From NCBI GenBank assembly GCA_015680685.1, contig MNCI01002105.1:124001-188000 (forward strand): 64,000 bases of DNA. The letters run 5' to 3'. Positions 49,156 to 60,855 of the stretch are shown in pieces. This DNA comes from Gnetum montanum. Lineage: Eukaryota > Plantae > Gnetophyta. How positions within the stretch are numbered: the first letter of the stretch is position 1; each line of letters starts with the position of its first letter. Below the pieces are notes generated by a model. It did not search any database, was not told the origin of the DNA, and worked only from the letters and a program-made list of their open reading frames with translations. Made by a program: the position numbers and the translations under genes.

Positions 49156-49805
49156 CGCCATTGCCGGATTAACCCTGCTGGAAGCCCTAATGGTGGAAAA
49201 ACAGACCCACGAATTTTCCAAGAACACCCAAACTTCCACCAAATGATGAATTTGCGCTGGCAGTGGAAGAACCCTTGTCAATCCTGCCACTGTGTGGAGC
49301 AGGAAAATCGAGTTCAATTCCATTGCTGAACTCACCAAATCGTTAGCGGAATCCGCGAATAGGGCTGCGTTGAGGACAAAATCCTGGGAGGTAAAATGGG
49401 CATTTTCTGTGGCCATCCAGAGCACATTCAGACAACGATGATTGCAGGTATTATTTAGCTGTTGTGTAGGCCTTCCACAGATCCATGCCCAGGAATTTCA
49501 TGATTCGGTTTGTTGTACTACGTGAGTGAGGGTTTGGCATTTGCAAAATCGCGAGCCTCCAAAAACGTAAAACTAAAATATTTGCATCTTTAGAACATTT
49601 TCTGGAATGGTAATGGATGTTTGACAATGTCTCCGAAATATCCCAACGCCATTTTTTTTTGCCTCAAAATTACTCCATATCAATATCAATCGTATCGTCC
49701 CATTCATCCTTTAATTTACTCCACAAAGTCTTAACAATCGGGCAATTGAACCTTAACATGCCAACAACCTTTGAATATATAACTTTGATAATTCTTGTAA
49801 GTTAT

Positions 49806-51790
49806 TGAAAATTTACCAAAATCAAACCCATGAGTCTTACTGTTCCATAAAATGGCCAAATGTGCCAACACCTGGAAAGTTCAAAAATAAAAATTTTTCT
49901 AAGTGTCCTAGGTAATGTTGATGTTGACACTAATGTAGCATCAACATCAGCCCTAGACCACCTTGTCCACTAGTAACAAAACTACTTCTCAACCTCTGTT
50001 TTGATCTTGTAGGATCCCAAATGACTTGTCAATAGTAGTCTCAACATGGTAAGTATCAAATTTTAGCATTTTGAAAAGTTGACCTTAGGGCCTTAGGAGC
50101 AAACTTTTTCTAAGTGTTATATTGACGGTAGTGTTAACACATCTATCATAATGCTCACCTCCTTCACATCAGTTACCTACATTTTACCTTCAATTTTGGC
50201 TCCATGGGCTTTCTGGTAACTAGTTGATATTGATTCCAGGGGCATCAAATATTAATTTTAGTAGGTTTAGAGGCAATCTTATGGGATAAGTCTCAAAATT
50301 TTTCTAAGTGTGATAGCTAATGCTGATGTTGACACTAGAGTAAGTGTCACCTACATCAACATCAACTTATGGTCATTGGGATTAGTAGTCAACAGTATTC
50401 CCTCAACCTACAAGCTACTTGGTGTTCAAGCATTATTATGTTACAGTTTGATATTAGTTTGGGTGTCCTAGAGGCTTGAAATGACAAGTTTAAAAAATGC
50501 TATGAAATTTTCTAAGTTCTTTGTTGATGTTGATGTTGACACTTATGGGACCTACATCATATGACCTTTGTCCTTCATACTTTGCATTTAATATCATCTC
50601 CGAGCTTCATGAGCTCCTTGGCATCATCACAACACAAATTGACAATAGTTTGAACATTAGAAGAGGTCTAGGAGGTTTGGAATCATAATTCAGAAAACAC
50701 TAGAAAATTTTATCTATCTCTTGGTGACACTGACACTAACACACTTCTCTCTTGCTCAATGGTTCTAGTCTCACAATTCAAACTTACCAAAAATGAACTC
50801 CACATGAACTTTGATTAACTTTGAGATCAAATTTAGCAACCATAAGCCTATAAATGTGGGATAAAAACCCAAATTTAGTATCAGTTTCTTGGAATCCAAA
50901 GCACTTTTTTAGATTTTACGAAATCAAGAGCATGAGCATCTACCTTCTTTGAAGCTTCCCCATGCTCCATGATCATCACAGCTTTGATTGGTAGCTCATG
51001 AATTCAATTTGGCATCTAAGGCTTTTATAATCTAAGCATTGATGTTGATGCAACATCAACATGAATTTGGTAGTTCTCCCATCACTACCCTAGAGTAATA
51101 ATTTTTTAGCATTAGCATTAATGATTCTAAAGTTAGAATTTTTTAGCTCCAGCATCACTTGTTAGATAGTTAGTTAAAAGAACCTTATTTTGGCTTCAGA
51201 CTGATTCTAGACCATGCTTGAAGCTTCCTTACTCCCATATTCATCATTCAAAGATTTAATTATAACACTAAACACCCATTTTTCTCATAAAATTATCTTT
51301 TATTATCAATGTTATCTCTCTTACGTTTTTTACAAACACTTATAGATTTAGCCCTCCATAGAAGGCAAACACTTATCATTCATTTAATCAAGGATTTTTA
51401 TTATTTAGGAAGGAAACTAAGACTCTTTTCCATATAAAAAATTCCCCATTTTCATTTTTGTTATGTTTTTTTATCCACTTTTCCATACTTAGCTTTTGTT
51501 TTATATCACTAGATAATTCACTTCTATACTAAGTTTTTATTAACATTGAATAGGTTAATTAAGTTTATCACTCAAACACATTATTTCTCTTCTACCTCCC
51601 TATCATTTCTAGTTCATGGATAATAGGTTAAGTCCACATTTGATTAGAATTTCATGCTCTTTCATGTCATAATGATTAACTTATTGAAGGTTATATTGAA
51701 TCAAAGACCATTTGTGGCCATGAGTTAGGTATTTTACATTTTTTTAGAGGTGTTCTTGTAAGATTTAGAAAGAATATTTTTGTAGGAACA
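49806..51790 (+). repeat. 5' LTR of T3 containing about five diverged ~200-bp units; start approximate
   Basis: TTTCTAAGT..TGTTGATGTTGACACT at ~49896, 50107, 50301, 50509 and 50707. Ends AACA before the PBS. Confidence 0.65.
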
Positions 51791-52009
51791 CTTTTGGCAC
51801 TAGAAAGAAGGTCAATAGGTTTTTCTAGTGTCATGAACCCATTGCCTAGCAATTTAAGGGTCCTTTCTAGTACCTAGAATATTTCACACTTTTATTACTT
51901 AGTTTATTTTCCACTTTATACTTAATCTTATTTTTGAGTATGTGCAGAAGATACTTGTTAACACCATGTTTGGCTAAGCTTTCAACTCCTCCAACATCTT
52001 CTAGATTTG

Positions 52010-55000
52010 TAGACTAATGAAGATAGAGAAGGCACAAGCTCTCACGACACCCATAATTGAGCATGACTACAAGGTTACATCTACCAAGTGAGAGTTGCAT
52101 GTAGCACTCTCAGAGAATGAGCTAAAGAGATAGGTTGCTTATGAAATGGCTAATGATTTGGAATCATTCTTGCTTGACCCAAACCATTCCATTGAGTTAG
52201 ATCAATTTGAATAGGCTATATTAGCAAAGTGCTTGATCATCAGAAATGAAGTCTAAGTAATGATGAGTGTGGAATTTCAATAGATATAGGTTATAGTAGA
52301 TTACCTCATGGGACATTTCAATATCAATTTTAGCAATAAGAATTACCAATTCCAAGACCAATATAGTAATGGAAATTTTGGCATCAAAATTCATGATGAT
52401 GATGGAAAGAAAAATTCACATATTTCCCTACCTATAGACCACTTCCATCAGCCACCTTCATTACCTCAAAGTCTTGTTTTATAACATGTAAATCTCATTA
52501 GTTCAAACAATCTCTTTTTATGCACATACCTTAAATTGTTGCTCCAATAGCTTCTAATTTAGCTATATCCATAGTCACCGTTCCACCTATAACTAACTTA
52601 TCTCTAGCCTACAGTCTCTTCCCAAGCATAACTATAGTTAATCCTACAAACTGAGCTTTAGTTCAAGGTATTAACCAACCACTTAACTCTTTTCAAGGAT
52701 TGTTCCATATAGTTCCAATTCAACAACCATAGATTTCTCTACCTTTTCTCTTACTAGCATATACATACTACATTCTTCACCATAATGTTGTACCATTAAC
52801 ATCTATGCCCACCATGGTACCTATTTAACCAGTGTTACTTACTCACAATCCCATTCTAAATAATATTTCTCAAAATATCCCTAGGGTTCCCCCCAAATTG
52901 ATGATGTATCCTCTAGGTTGCAAGTGAATGAAGATTAAACCCAAAAGGTAATTACATTACATGGTGATAGTCTTGTTGTCTCCATTTTCAATCTCCACAT
53001 TGATCCTATTAGCCACTTAATTTCACCCACTCAAGTTTCCAAAGGAGTCTCACTACCAAATGTTACTAAGTACAATGGAGAGTGTGATTCCATAAATCAT
53101 GTAATCACTTTTTGCAATAAGTGCTTGTTGCTACCCAACTATTTCCTCTTTATCATTAGAAGTTTCTATAATTTCCTAACTAACAAAGCCCTCAAATGAT
53201 ATAGATCCATCTCTTATGATCCTATTACTTTCCTAAAATAGCTCTTCACCATCTTCATGGAGAGTTTTAAGTACAAAATCACTAAAGGTGGTACTTTGCA
53301 AATGCTTCTCGCAATTAAATAGGCTCACAATGAGTCCATCTCTAAGTTCATCTCAAGACGAACATCAATCACAATGGAGCTTAGACATCCACTTCTTAAT
53401 GAATAGCTCCTTGATATCTTTGAAGGATTTGTAAATAATGACATCAGAGGCAAGTTAGTATATCCTAGGCCACTTAACCTCTACAATGTTATTACATCTA
53501 CCAAATCCATTAAAGAGGTAGTGATTCAAAGCAATGATCCAGAGTGAATCAACTTTCACAATAAGGCTAACAAATTAGCAAATAATGAGAAATATTTCTA
53601 AAACGCAATGCAAAAGGTGAAATTTGTGAACTAAGCTTCATATTAAAACAATGAAAGCAATGGTAAGAACAAGAATTCAAATACTAAGTCTAATGGTGCT
53701 AGGAAAAACTCATTCAATAGTGAACAAAGGAAACCATCCAATGACAATTATAAATATCATAAGTTCCCATTAACCTAAACATAACATTACAGTGTGTTAT
53801 TGAAAAAGGAGCATATTACTTCAAAATAAATCTTAGAGTAAATAAGATCATGATTCAAAAGGCTTCAAACTCTGGCTATTGATCCTTCCTAGTGGGTAGA
53901 AGAAGACGCACCTATCCCAAAGTGGTACAATATTAAAAAGTTTTGTTACCATCATGAGGTTGTAGGACATGATACTGATGATTGCAACATACTCAAGGAT
54001 GATGTTCAAGCCTTTGTAAAAAAGGAAAAAATTATTCAATATACTAGTATAACTAAGAAACTAGAACACGTGAATTTTTTAGGATCTACTAAACATCCAT
54101 TTAAGGCAAAATTTTTCCTTCCATTTGGAGAGTAACGTAAACCAACCCAAGACATCCTTTGTGTTCCAAATGAGTCTTACTCAACATACTTCCCATTTGT
54201 TTGATCAACTAAACACATTGGGATCTAGGAATCCTTTTTTATTCACCTTCCTTGGAATGATGCTAGCTCTTTGCCATTCTAAAATGCACATAGGGATCCA
54301 TTAGTCATTGACATGATACCTTACGATGATGAAGCCTCTACACATTCAATGTTCTTATTGCTTATTCTTTGTCTCCTCTAATAAATCACCTTCCCTTATA
54401 AATACCATCTAGGTTTGTTGACTATCTTCCCATATTATCTTATGTAATATCTCCCCTTTTATTTCCATTCTTCCTATCTAAGTCATTGAAGCCTCTATTG
54501 CTTCCTACCTAGCATCATTATTAGGATCTTAACATGAACTTAAAAGGAGGCTAAAAAAGACAAGGGTAAGGAGAGAACGTACCATCAAAAAGCTTATTTA
54601 AAACAAAAAGAATGTATTCTTTCAAGTTGAACTTGGCATCAATTCTTCTTTCTCCATTGTCATACCAACTTCTATCACATCAAATTCTATCCCTTATGCA
54701 CCTACAACTAAGAAGGAAATACCTAGGGGTAAAGCTTTAGCCTAAATCGTAGCAATAATGAAATCAAAGAAGACTAAACTTTTCCTTTTTGAATAGATTT
54801 CACTCTCAAAGAAATACCATTTGGTGTTGGAGAAACAACTTAAATCAATTACAATGCCTACGAATATTTAACCACACACTCGAGTAATCTCATTTATTCT
54901 TAACACTTCAAAGTATGAGGTAGACTACTTGGTTTTTAAAGGAAAAAATATTAAGACTCATCCTACAATGGGTTTTATATGCCAACTTTTGATCTACATC

Positions 55001-56990
55001 ACAATACAAGTTGGAGATAACGTATCCCTACCTTCCATGCAAGTTGATGATGGATTTGGAATTAATGTTATTTTATGATCTATCATTGAGTGTCTTAGCC
55101 TTGAAAAATAAATCATGAACTTTAATTATAACTCATCTTTGATCTCTTTTAGTGGTGATAGAGTATAAATTTTAGGTAGACAAAAAATAGGACCCTAGTA
55201 TTCTTATATTTTTATAGAATGATTGGCAAATCTCAATTGAAGTGCCTAAAAGAGTTCCCAAAAATCCCCCAAATTGCATGGCAAATCCCATCTTAGAAAA
55301 ATATATAGTGTTAATAACCTGGAAAATAAAAACTTAAAGTGCTATATTTAAATGAAAAAAATGACTAAATCAAAAGCTTACTATTTAATTTTTTAAAACC
55401 ATAGTCAAGACAAAATCTAGGATTCTAATAAAATGCTAAATCTATTCAACAAGTCAGCTTTGTAATCATGATTACTATGTATTATAAAATTACATCTTAA
55501 AATACATCCAAAAATATATTGACATGGTGTTTGATATCCTAGTTTCAGTACAAAATTGTATTCCGAAATACATCCAAAAATACACCAACATGGTGTTTAG
55601 TATCTTGGTTACATAAAGATTAAACTTTACAAAAATATATAGCTTCTTGAGTGTCCCCAACATCTTCACACATGGAAATGGATTTTATGCATACTAAAAT
55701 ATATTACAAGAATTAGGATAACCACCATAGCCAAATGTACTATTATGTTAACAACTTGGTAAAACTAATTCCTCATGGCTAGAATTGGTGAAATTATTGG
55801 CAGCATGTTGTTAATGATTTTAGCTTATAAGACTTTTGCTCTTGCCTGCAAAGTTTGAAAATCATATTTAAAAATCACTTGTCTACTTTCTAAATGTTGA
55901 GTTTATGAGCCAAATCATTTATATATGAGCTAAATATGAGTGCTCAAATAAATATGCTAAAATAAATATTTATGAAAACACATCATGGAAAACAATTATT
56001 ATTACTTAAGCATAGTTGACATTCTAATCTTAACTATTGATAAAATACCTTAGTCTATATTTTGCATGTTTATAGAAATTCATTAAGCACTTAAAATCAA
56101 GAAATTAAAAGTCATGGTAATTGATTAGAATGATAAAACTAGATAATAGATGAAAAAAAAACTCAATTCCCATGTCAAGATAAAAAGTTAGATTTTTGCA
56201 CTAGAGCTAAAAAATCATAATTTATTCATGATTTAAAAAATCAGATTTTAATTTATGAAAAATTATCTTTTGAGACCTATTCCACTAAATCCAAATAAGG
56301 GGTAATTTCTTATTTACATGTAAAACTTAAAGTCAAAGCCATTTACTTAAATGTTTTACATGTAAATAAGTACTAATAATTGTGGTGAATGTCCAGCGAA
56401 CCTACCTCAATGAGGTATTAAATGCAAGATGAGTTTTTAAGTTTTCGAAAATATAGAATAGCAAACCATGAACCCCTTTATACCTAAATATTAGCATTTT
56501 GGTAAAAATTTTCCAATAATAATTTTCCTGATTTTATATGTAATTAAATTATCAATTTTTAGTAAGAAGTTGTATCACATCTGAAGTAAATTTTGTAATT
56601 TTTAGGGATTCATATTGCATAAATACTACTTTAGGGAGGTCTTTATTAGACTATCACTAAGTTTTCTCTTTCCCTTTGCATCAAGAAATCTACTTTCTCT
56701 GCTAGAATAAGGAAGTAGTGATTCACCTGGATCTCAAGGTGCTTGATATATCATGTCATGATGTTGTAGAGGATACTAGCCTAGGTTCCCAATTCTCATT
56801 GATAAGACAAACCTTAGCTGAACAAGAAAGTATCAACAAGTTCTAATCTAGCATCCCCTATTTATCTAGTACATATGAATTTGTGAACCTAGGATTCAGT
56901 GAACTAGACATAGTTAAATTTGTTAAAATCATGAAATGTCTTACTCGATTGTAAGCTAGAAGAATCATCACCAAGACATAGCCTTTGCAA
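52010..56990 (+). pseudogene. gag-protease remnant of T3 (heavily degraded, protease split by an insertion)
   Basis: Gag core 53040-53520, FCYHHEVVGHDTDDC knuckle at ~53940, protease at 54990-55180 plus 56542-56740. Confidence 0.75.
55181..56541. mobile_element. AT-rich non-coding insertion inside the T3 protease
   Basis: Protease reading ..ILGR | IKLSIF..NFVI..LGR is colinear with T2 VKGK|IRLAF..DFTI..LGR once this block is removed. Only weak terminal inverted similarity. Confidence 0.55.
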
Positions 56991-57399
56991 CAACATGATC
57001 CCCTTTCTTTTCTTTTCCCTCATTAATCATTTTAGTATTTTCATTTGCTTTCCATTCCTAATTATTTTCTATGTTATTTATTTTAATTTACATGTTCTCC
57101 TAGTTTAGTTTTCTTTATACTCTATCACTAATGTGAGCTTTCCTTTCACGCATATCTAGATTTTTATATTTACTTTAGGTTATCTGGATTACATTTGTTT
57201 TTATTTGGTGCTGCATAAAATCAAAAAACATAAACACATAAAACTTAGCAAGAACCATAAACATAGCAAACTAAAAAATTATAAAAACATAAACACAAAA
57301 TCAATAAAGAATAACAATTCTTGTATTATAGTCAATGTTCATAATACAACCATCATCAACAAAATACATCCCATATAAAAAATTAAAAACATATAAATA

Positions 57400-60300
57400 C
57401 TATCACAATTATTATATTTATTATCTAACATAGCTTTTGAGTTGGACATACTAGTTATCTAATGCCCCATCATGAGAAGGAAAAATCTTACTTACCACTT
57501 CTACATCTCCTTCATCCTTTGTCCTACTAACAAAACCTCTTGGAGCCTCCACACATGTGATAACAAGAGAAAAACTAAAATGTTAAAAAAAAACATAAAA
57601 ATCTAGAAAAATACTAAGATGAATAAGATCTAAATAAATAATATTAAGAGAAATAAAGATAAAAATAAAATAAAAATAAGTTAACTAGAACATTTTCCCT
57701 TACCTGTAGCTATGCCACTAGGACCTACTTCATCTCCATCATATCCCACCAACACTACTACCTTAGAGACCTCATATTCATTCATATCCACTAGCTTTTG
57801 AGTGATTTCCTTAAGTGAAAGAAACTTAAAACCTAGATCCTCTAGATGCATGTCCAATACATCTAGAAGAGTAGGGTACTCTATGCTAGTCTCTTTCACA
57901 AATCTACCACCCTTCTTTCTCACCATAGGATTAGAAACTTAAATCTATTTCTCTTTCTTATGTATAGTCACAATCCCTTCAAAGGCCTTTAATATGTCAC
58001 TTACTCTCATATTTTCAATTACCATGCCCCTCACTCTTCTTGCAATTCTTTCCTCCTTAAGTTCTTTTGAGAGAAGTAAGTTTGCCCTCCTGTAAGATAA
58101 CTTATTTCTCATCTGTTTTCTTTTCCATTGCTCCTAGGTTGAATAGTTATTCCTTAACTTCATGTTCAACATCTCCATGATTAACAACTTGTGTTGCTGA
58201 ATAATACGAGCAACCATTAGGAAGTCCAAAGAATCACTTAGCTACCAAGAGAAGAAAGCCACAAACTTATGATGCACCATCTTGATCCCATGAAGGCCAA
58301 CCTCTAGATTTCTTACCTCTTCTATCAACTTGGTAATTTTGGATGCCATCTTTCCTTTCTCTTTCTTAACTACTAGTCACTTCCTTGTCAAGTCCATGAA
58401 AGCATTAACTTGTTTCATTGCTACTGAAGTCATAGTTGTCTTATACTAAGTGAAGGCATCCATCCTTTTCTAAATTTAAGGGTAATCATGTGAAAGAGAT
58501 TGGAGGGTAAGATTTGTAATAGATACTTTCTTGCAATCAACCAAGACCTAAACATCTATTAAAATACCTAACAATTACCCCTATAGCTAATTAAAAAAAT
58601 CTAATTACTAATCTAGAATTATAGATCAAATTGACAAGGGCCAAGTATAAATCTTAATTTCTCTATAAAGTTGTCTACCATCCCATGAATCAATTGTTTC
58701 TTATATATATGTTTCCAAAATATTTCCAAAATATCTATTCATATAAAAATAAAAAATGAATAAAAATCAAGACTCAAAAATAAAATTAACCCTAAAAAAT
58801 AAATAAAACCATTAACTTACTAAAGGATAATGGTTACTTTCCTCTAATTTATTTTTAAGCCATCTCTTCCCAGCCTCCTCTAAAATGCACCCCTCTCCTT
58901 GGGGTATGACCTCAATTGCCTTTAGAGGAGATGCCATCTTATCCATGTTAGTATCATCCAATCCATGATTTGCATGATAATTGATTAGTTACTATTAGAG
59001 CATGGAACCATAAACATTCCCACATAGGAACCATATTCTCAAAAGCACTAAAGAATTTGACATCCTATCTTCTTTCTTCAAATCAAAATCTAACTCTTCT
59101 TCAAAGAGTTCATTTGCCAAGGCATCATTCTCTACTCTCTCTATTGCTTCTAATGTCTCTTTCTTCCTTGCTTCAGCTTCTTCTTGCCTTCTTATTCCTT
59201 AACTTTTCTTTTTGCTTCTTCTTATACTTTTCTCTTTACCTATTTCTAGGCTCTTCTTTCTTGTTTTTATTTTTTCCCTCTCCTACTCTACCTTGGCTAA
59301 TGTCTCTCATTCCACTTTCTTCTTGGCTTTCACTATAGCTATTAACCATTAATGCAATCTGTAAGTTATGAGAATAAAAAAGCATTAAAAATAATAAATA
59401 TAAAAATTTGAACCATAAAATGAAAACATTAAAATATAAAAATAATAATAATAACTAAAAAAATTAATACCAATTTTTCTAACTTACCTAATCTCTTTGC
59501 AACCTTAGATGCCTCTACATACAATCACTCATCCTCTAAGTCGTAGATATCAACGGGCTTAACATCATTGATTCTTATCTTATTTGTTGCTTGAACCTTC
59601 TCCTATGTGCCTAAGGCACACTCTCTAGTCACTACTACTCTCTATATAGGATTCTCACAAGTAGAGCTCTTCATGGGAAATGCTATACTATTATGCATCA
59701 ACGATTCAACTATATCTCCTAGCAATGAGGATGCTACCTTTAATGGTTCATTGAAGGTACTAGGTAGACTCATCATGATGCTAGTAATATGCTAGAAAAG
59801 TAGGCAAGGGAATTTCTCCTCATTAAGAAATTTTCCTTTCTAACAACTGATACATGCAAAAAACTTCACAAAGTAACATAACATACCATAATGAAAATTT
59901 GAATTTACCAAGTTGTTGGAACTCTCACCATTAACAAGATTAAGATTTTTCAACTCCCTTGATATCTTTTTGTCTAGGCAACTTGCCCAATAATAACAAG
60001 TACCATGAACCATGACATTATAAATGATTGTTAGCCATAGGGGAGAGGCAACCCTTCTTTGTCAGATCTTACCATAAAAGATACTCTTAATAAAAAGGTG
60101 GTACACCTCTACCAGATCACGATTTTCACACTTGATAATGTTGTAATCTTTATAATTGTACTCCCCCCATTTACTGATTATGTCCTTATCAACAGAAGGC
60201 AAATTTTCATTGTCCTTTATTGAAAAACCTCCATTGAAAAAATTAAAGTAGTATCTTAGTGATTCCCAATTCCAAGGCAAGATCACCTCTTTCCCTTGAA

Positions 60301-60540
60301 CTTGAAATAAAAACAACTATTACTAGCTCAAATAACATTTCACCATAGCAACTACATTCATCAATAAAATCTTAAGAGACCTTAGTATGAAGAGAGGTAT
60401 CAACTTGGCTTGCTCAAAGATGGGAAGGTATTTCCTCCTAGGCCAACTCACTAGCCACCTATGACTAGTGTAAATGTTATGAACATTAACCATTAGGTAG
60501 CTCTCCTTCACATTCCAAGCTCAATGTACATAACATCTGA
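57400..60540 (-). pseudogene. Antisense multi-exon accessory gene of T3, homologous to the T1 antisense gene
   Basis: LIPLF..MVKCY..FLFQVQGKEVIL..EVYHLFIKSIF..VMVHGTCYYWASCL. K/E-rich exon 59050-59330, coiled-coil-like 57680-58500. AT-rich introns with GTAAGT donors (59487, 58820, 57495). Confidence 0.65.
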
Positions 60541-60855
60541 GATCTAGATTTTATCAATCAAGATCAAAACATAGGTAAAAAACATAAATACATATCTCTA
60601 CATATAGTGAAAACAAGAGTATAAGAGAAAAAATAAGTATCAACATATGAAATAAAACATGAACTCAAAAAATTAATTTCACATTTCCTGAGGTATCTTT
60701 AGGCATTAATTAAATGCAAGACCACTTGATCATTTTCCCCTTAGTTTCAAATTTGGTCTCTCATGAAGGGCATGTACCAAACTTACATGTTAGATGGCAT
60801 GATATCACATATGCTCCCTCACTATGTCCATTTCATCAAGAAAATGCATGAATGC

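Larger units (their letters stand above)
49806..60855 (+). mobile_element. Old Tat-clade element T3 (5' LTR, gag, protease, antisense gene), interrupted at 60856 by an Athila element
   Basis: LTR ~49806-51790, PBS TGGCACTAGAAAGAAGG at ~51795. Gag LPNVTKYNGECDSINHVITFCNKCLLL similar to T2. Protease QVDDGFGINVI..TTLGRSLL..FPLHQEI. Confidence 0.75.

Noticed and set aside
59057-59338. Highly hydrophobic Leu/Phe/Ser ORF suggesting a membrane protein
   Set aside because: It is the complement of a K/E/R-rich minus-strand exon of the T3 antisense gene.
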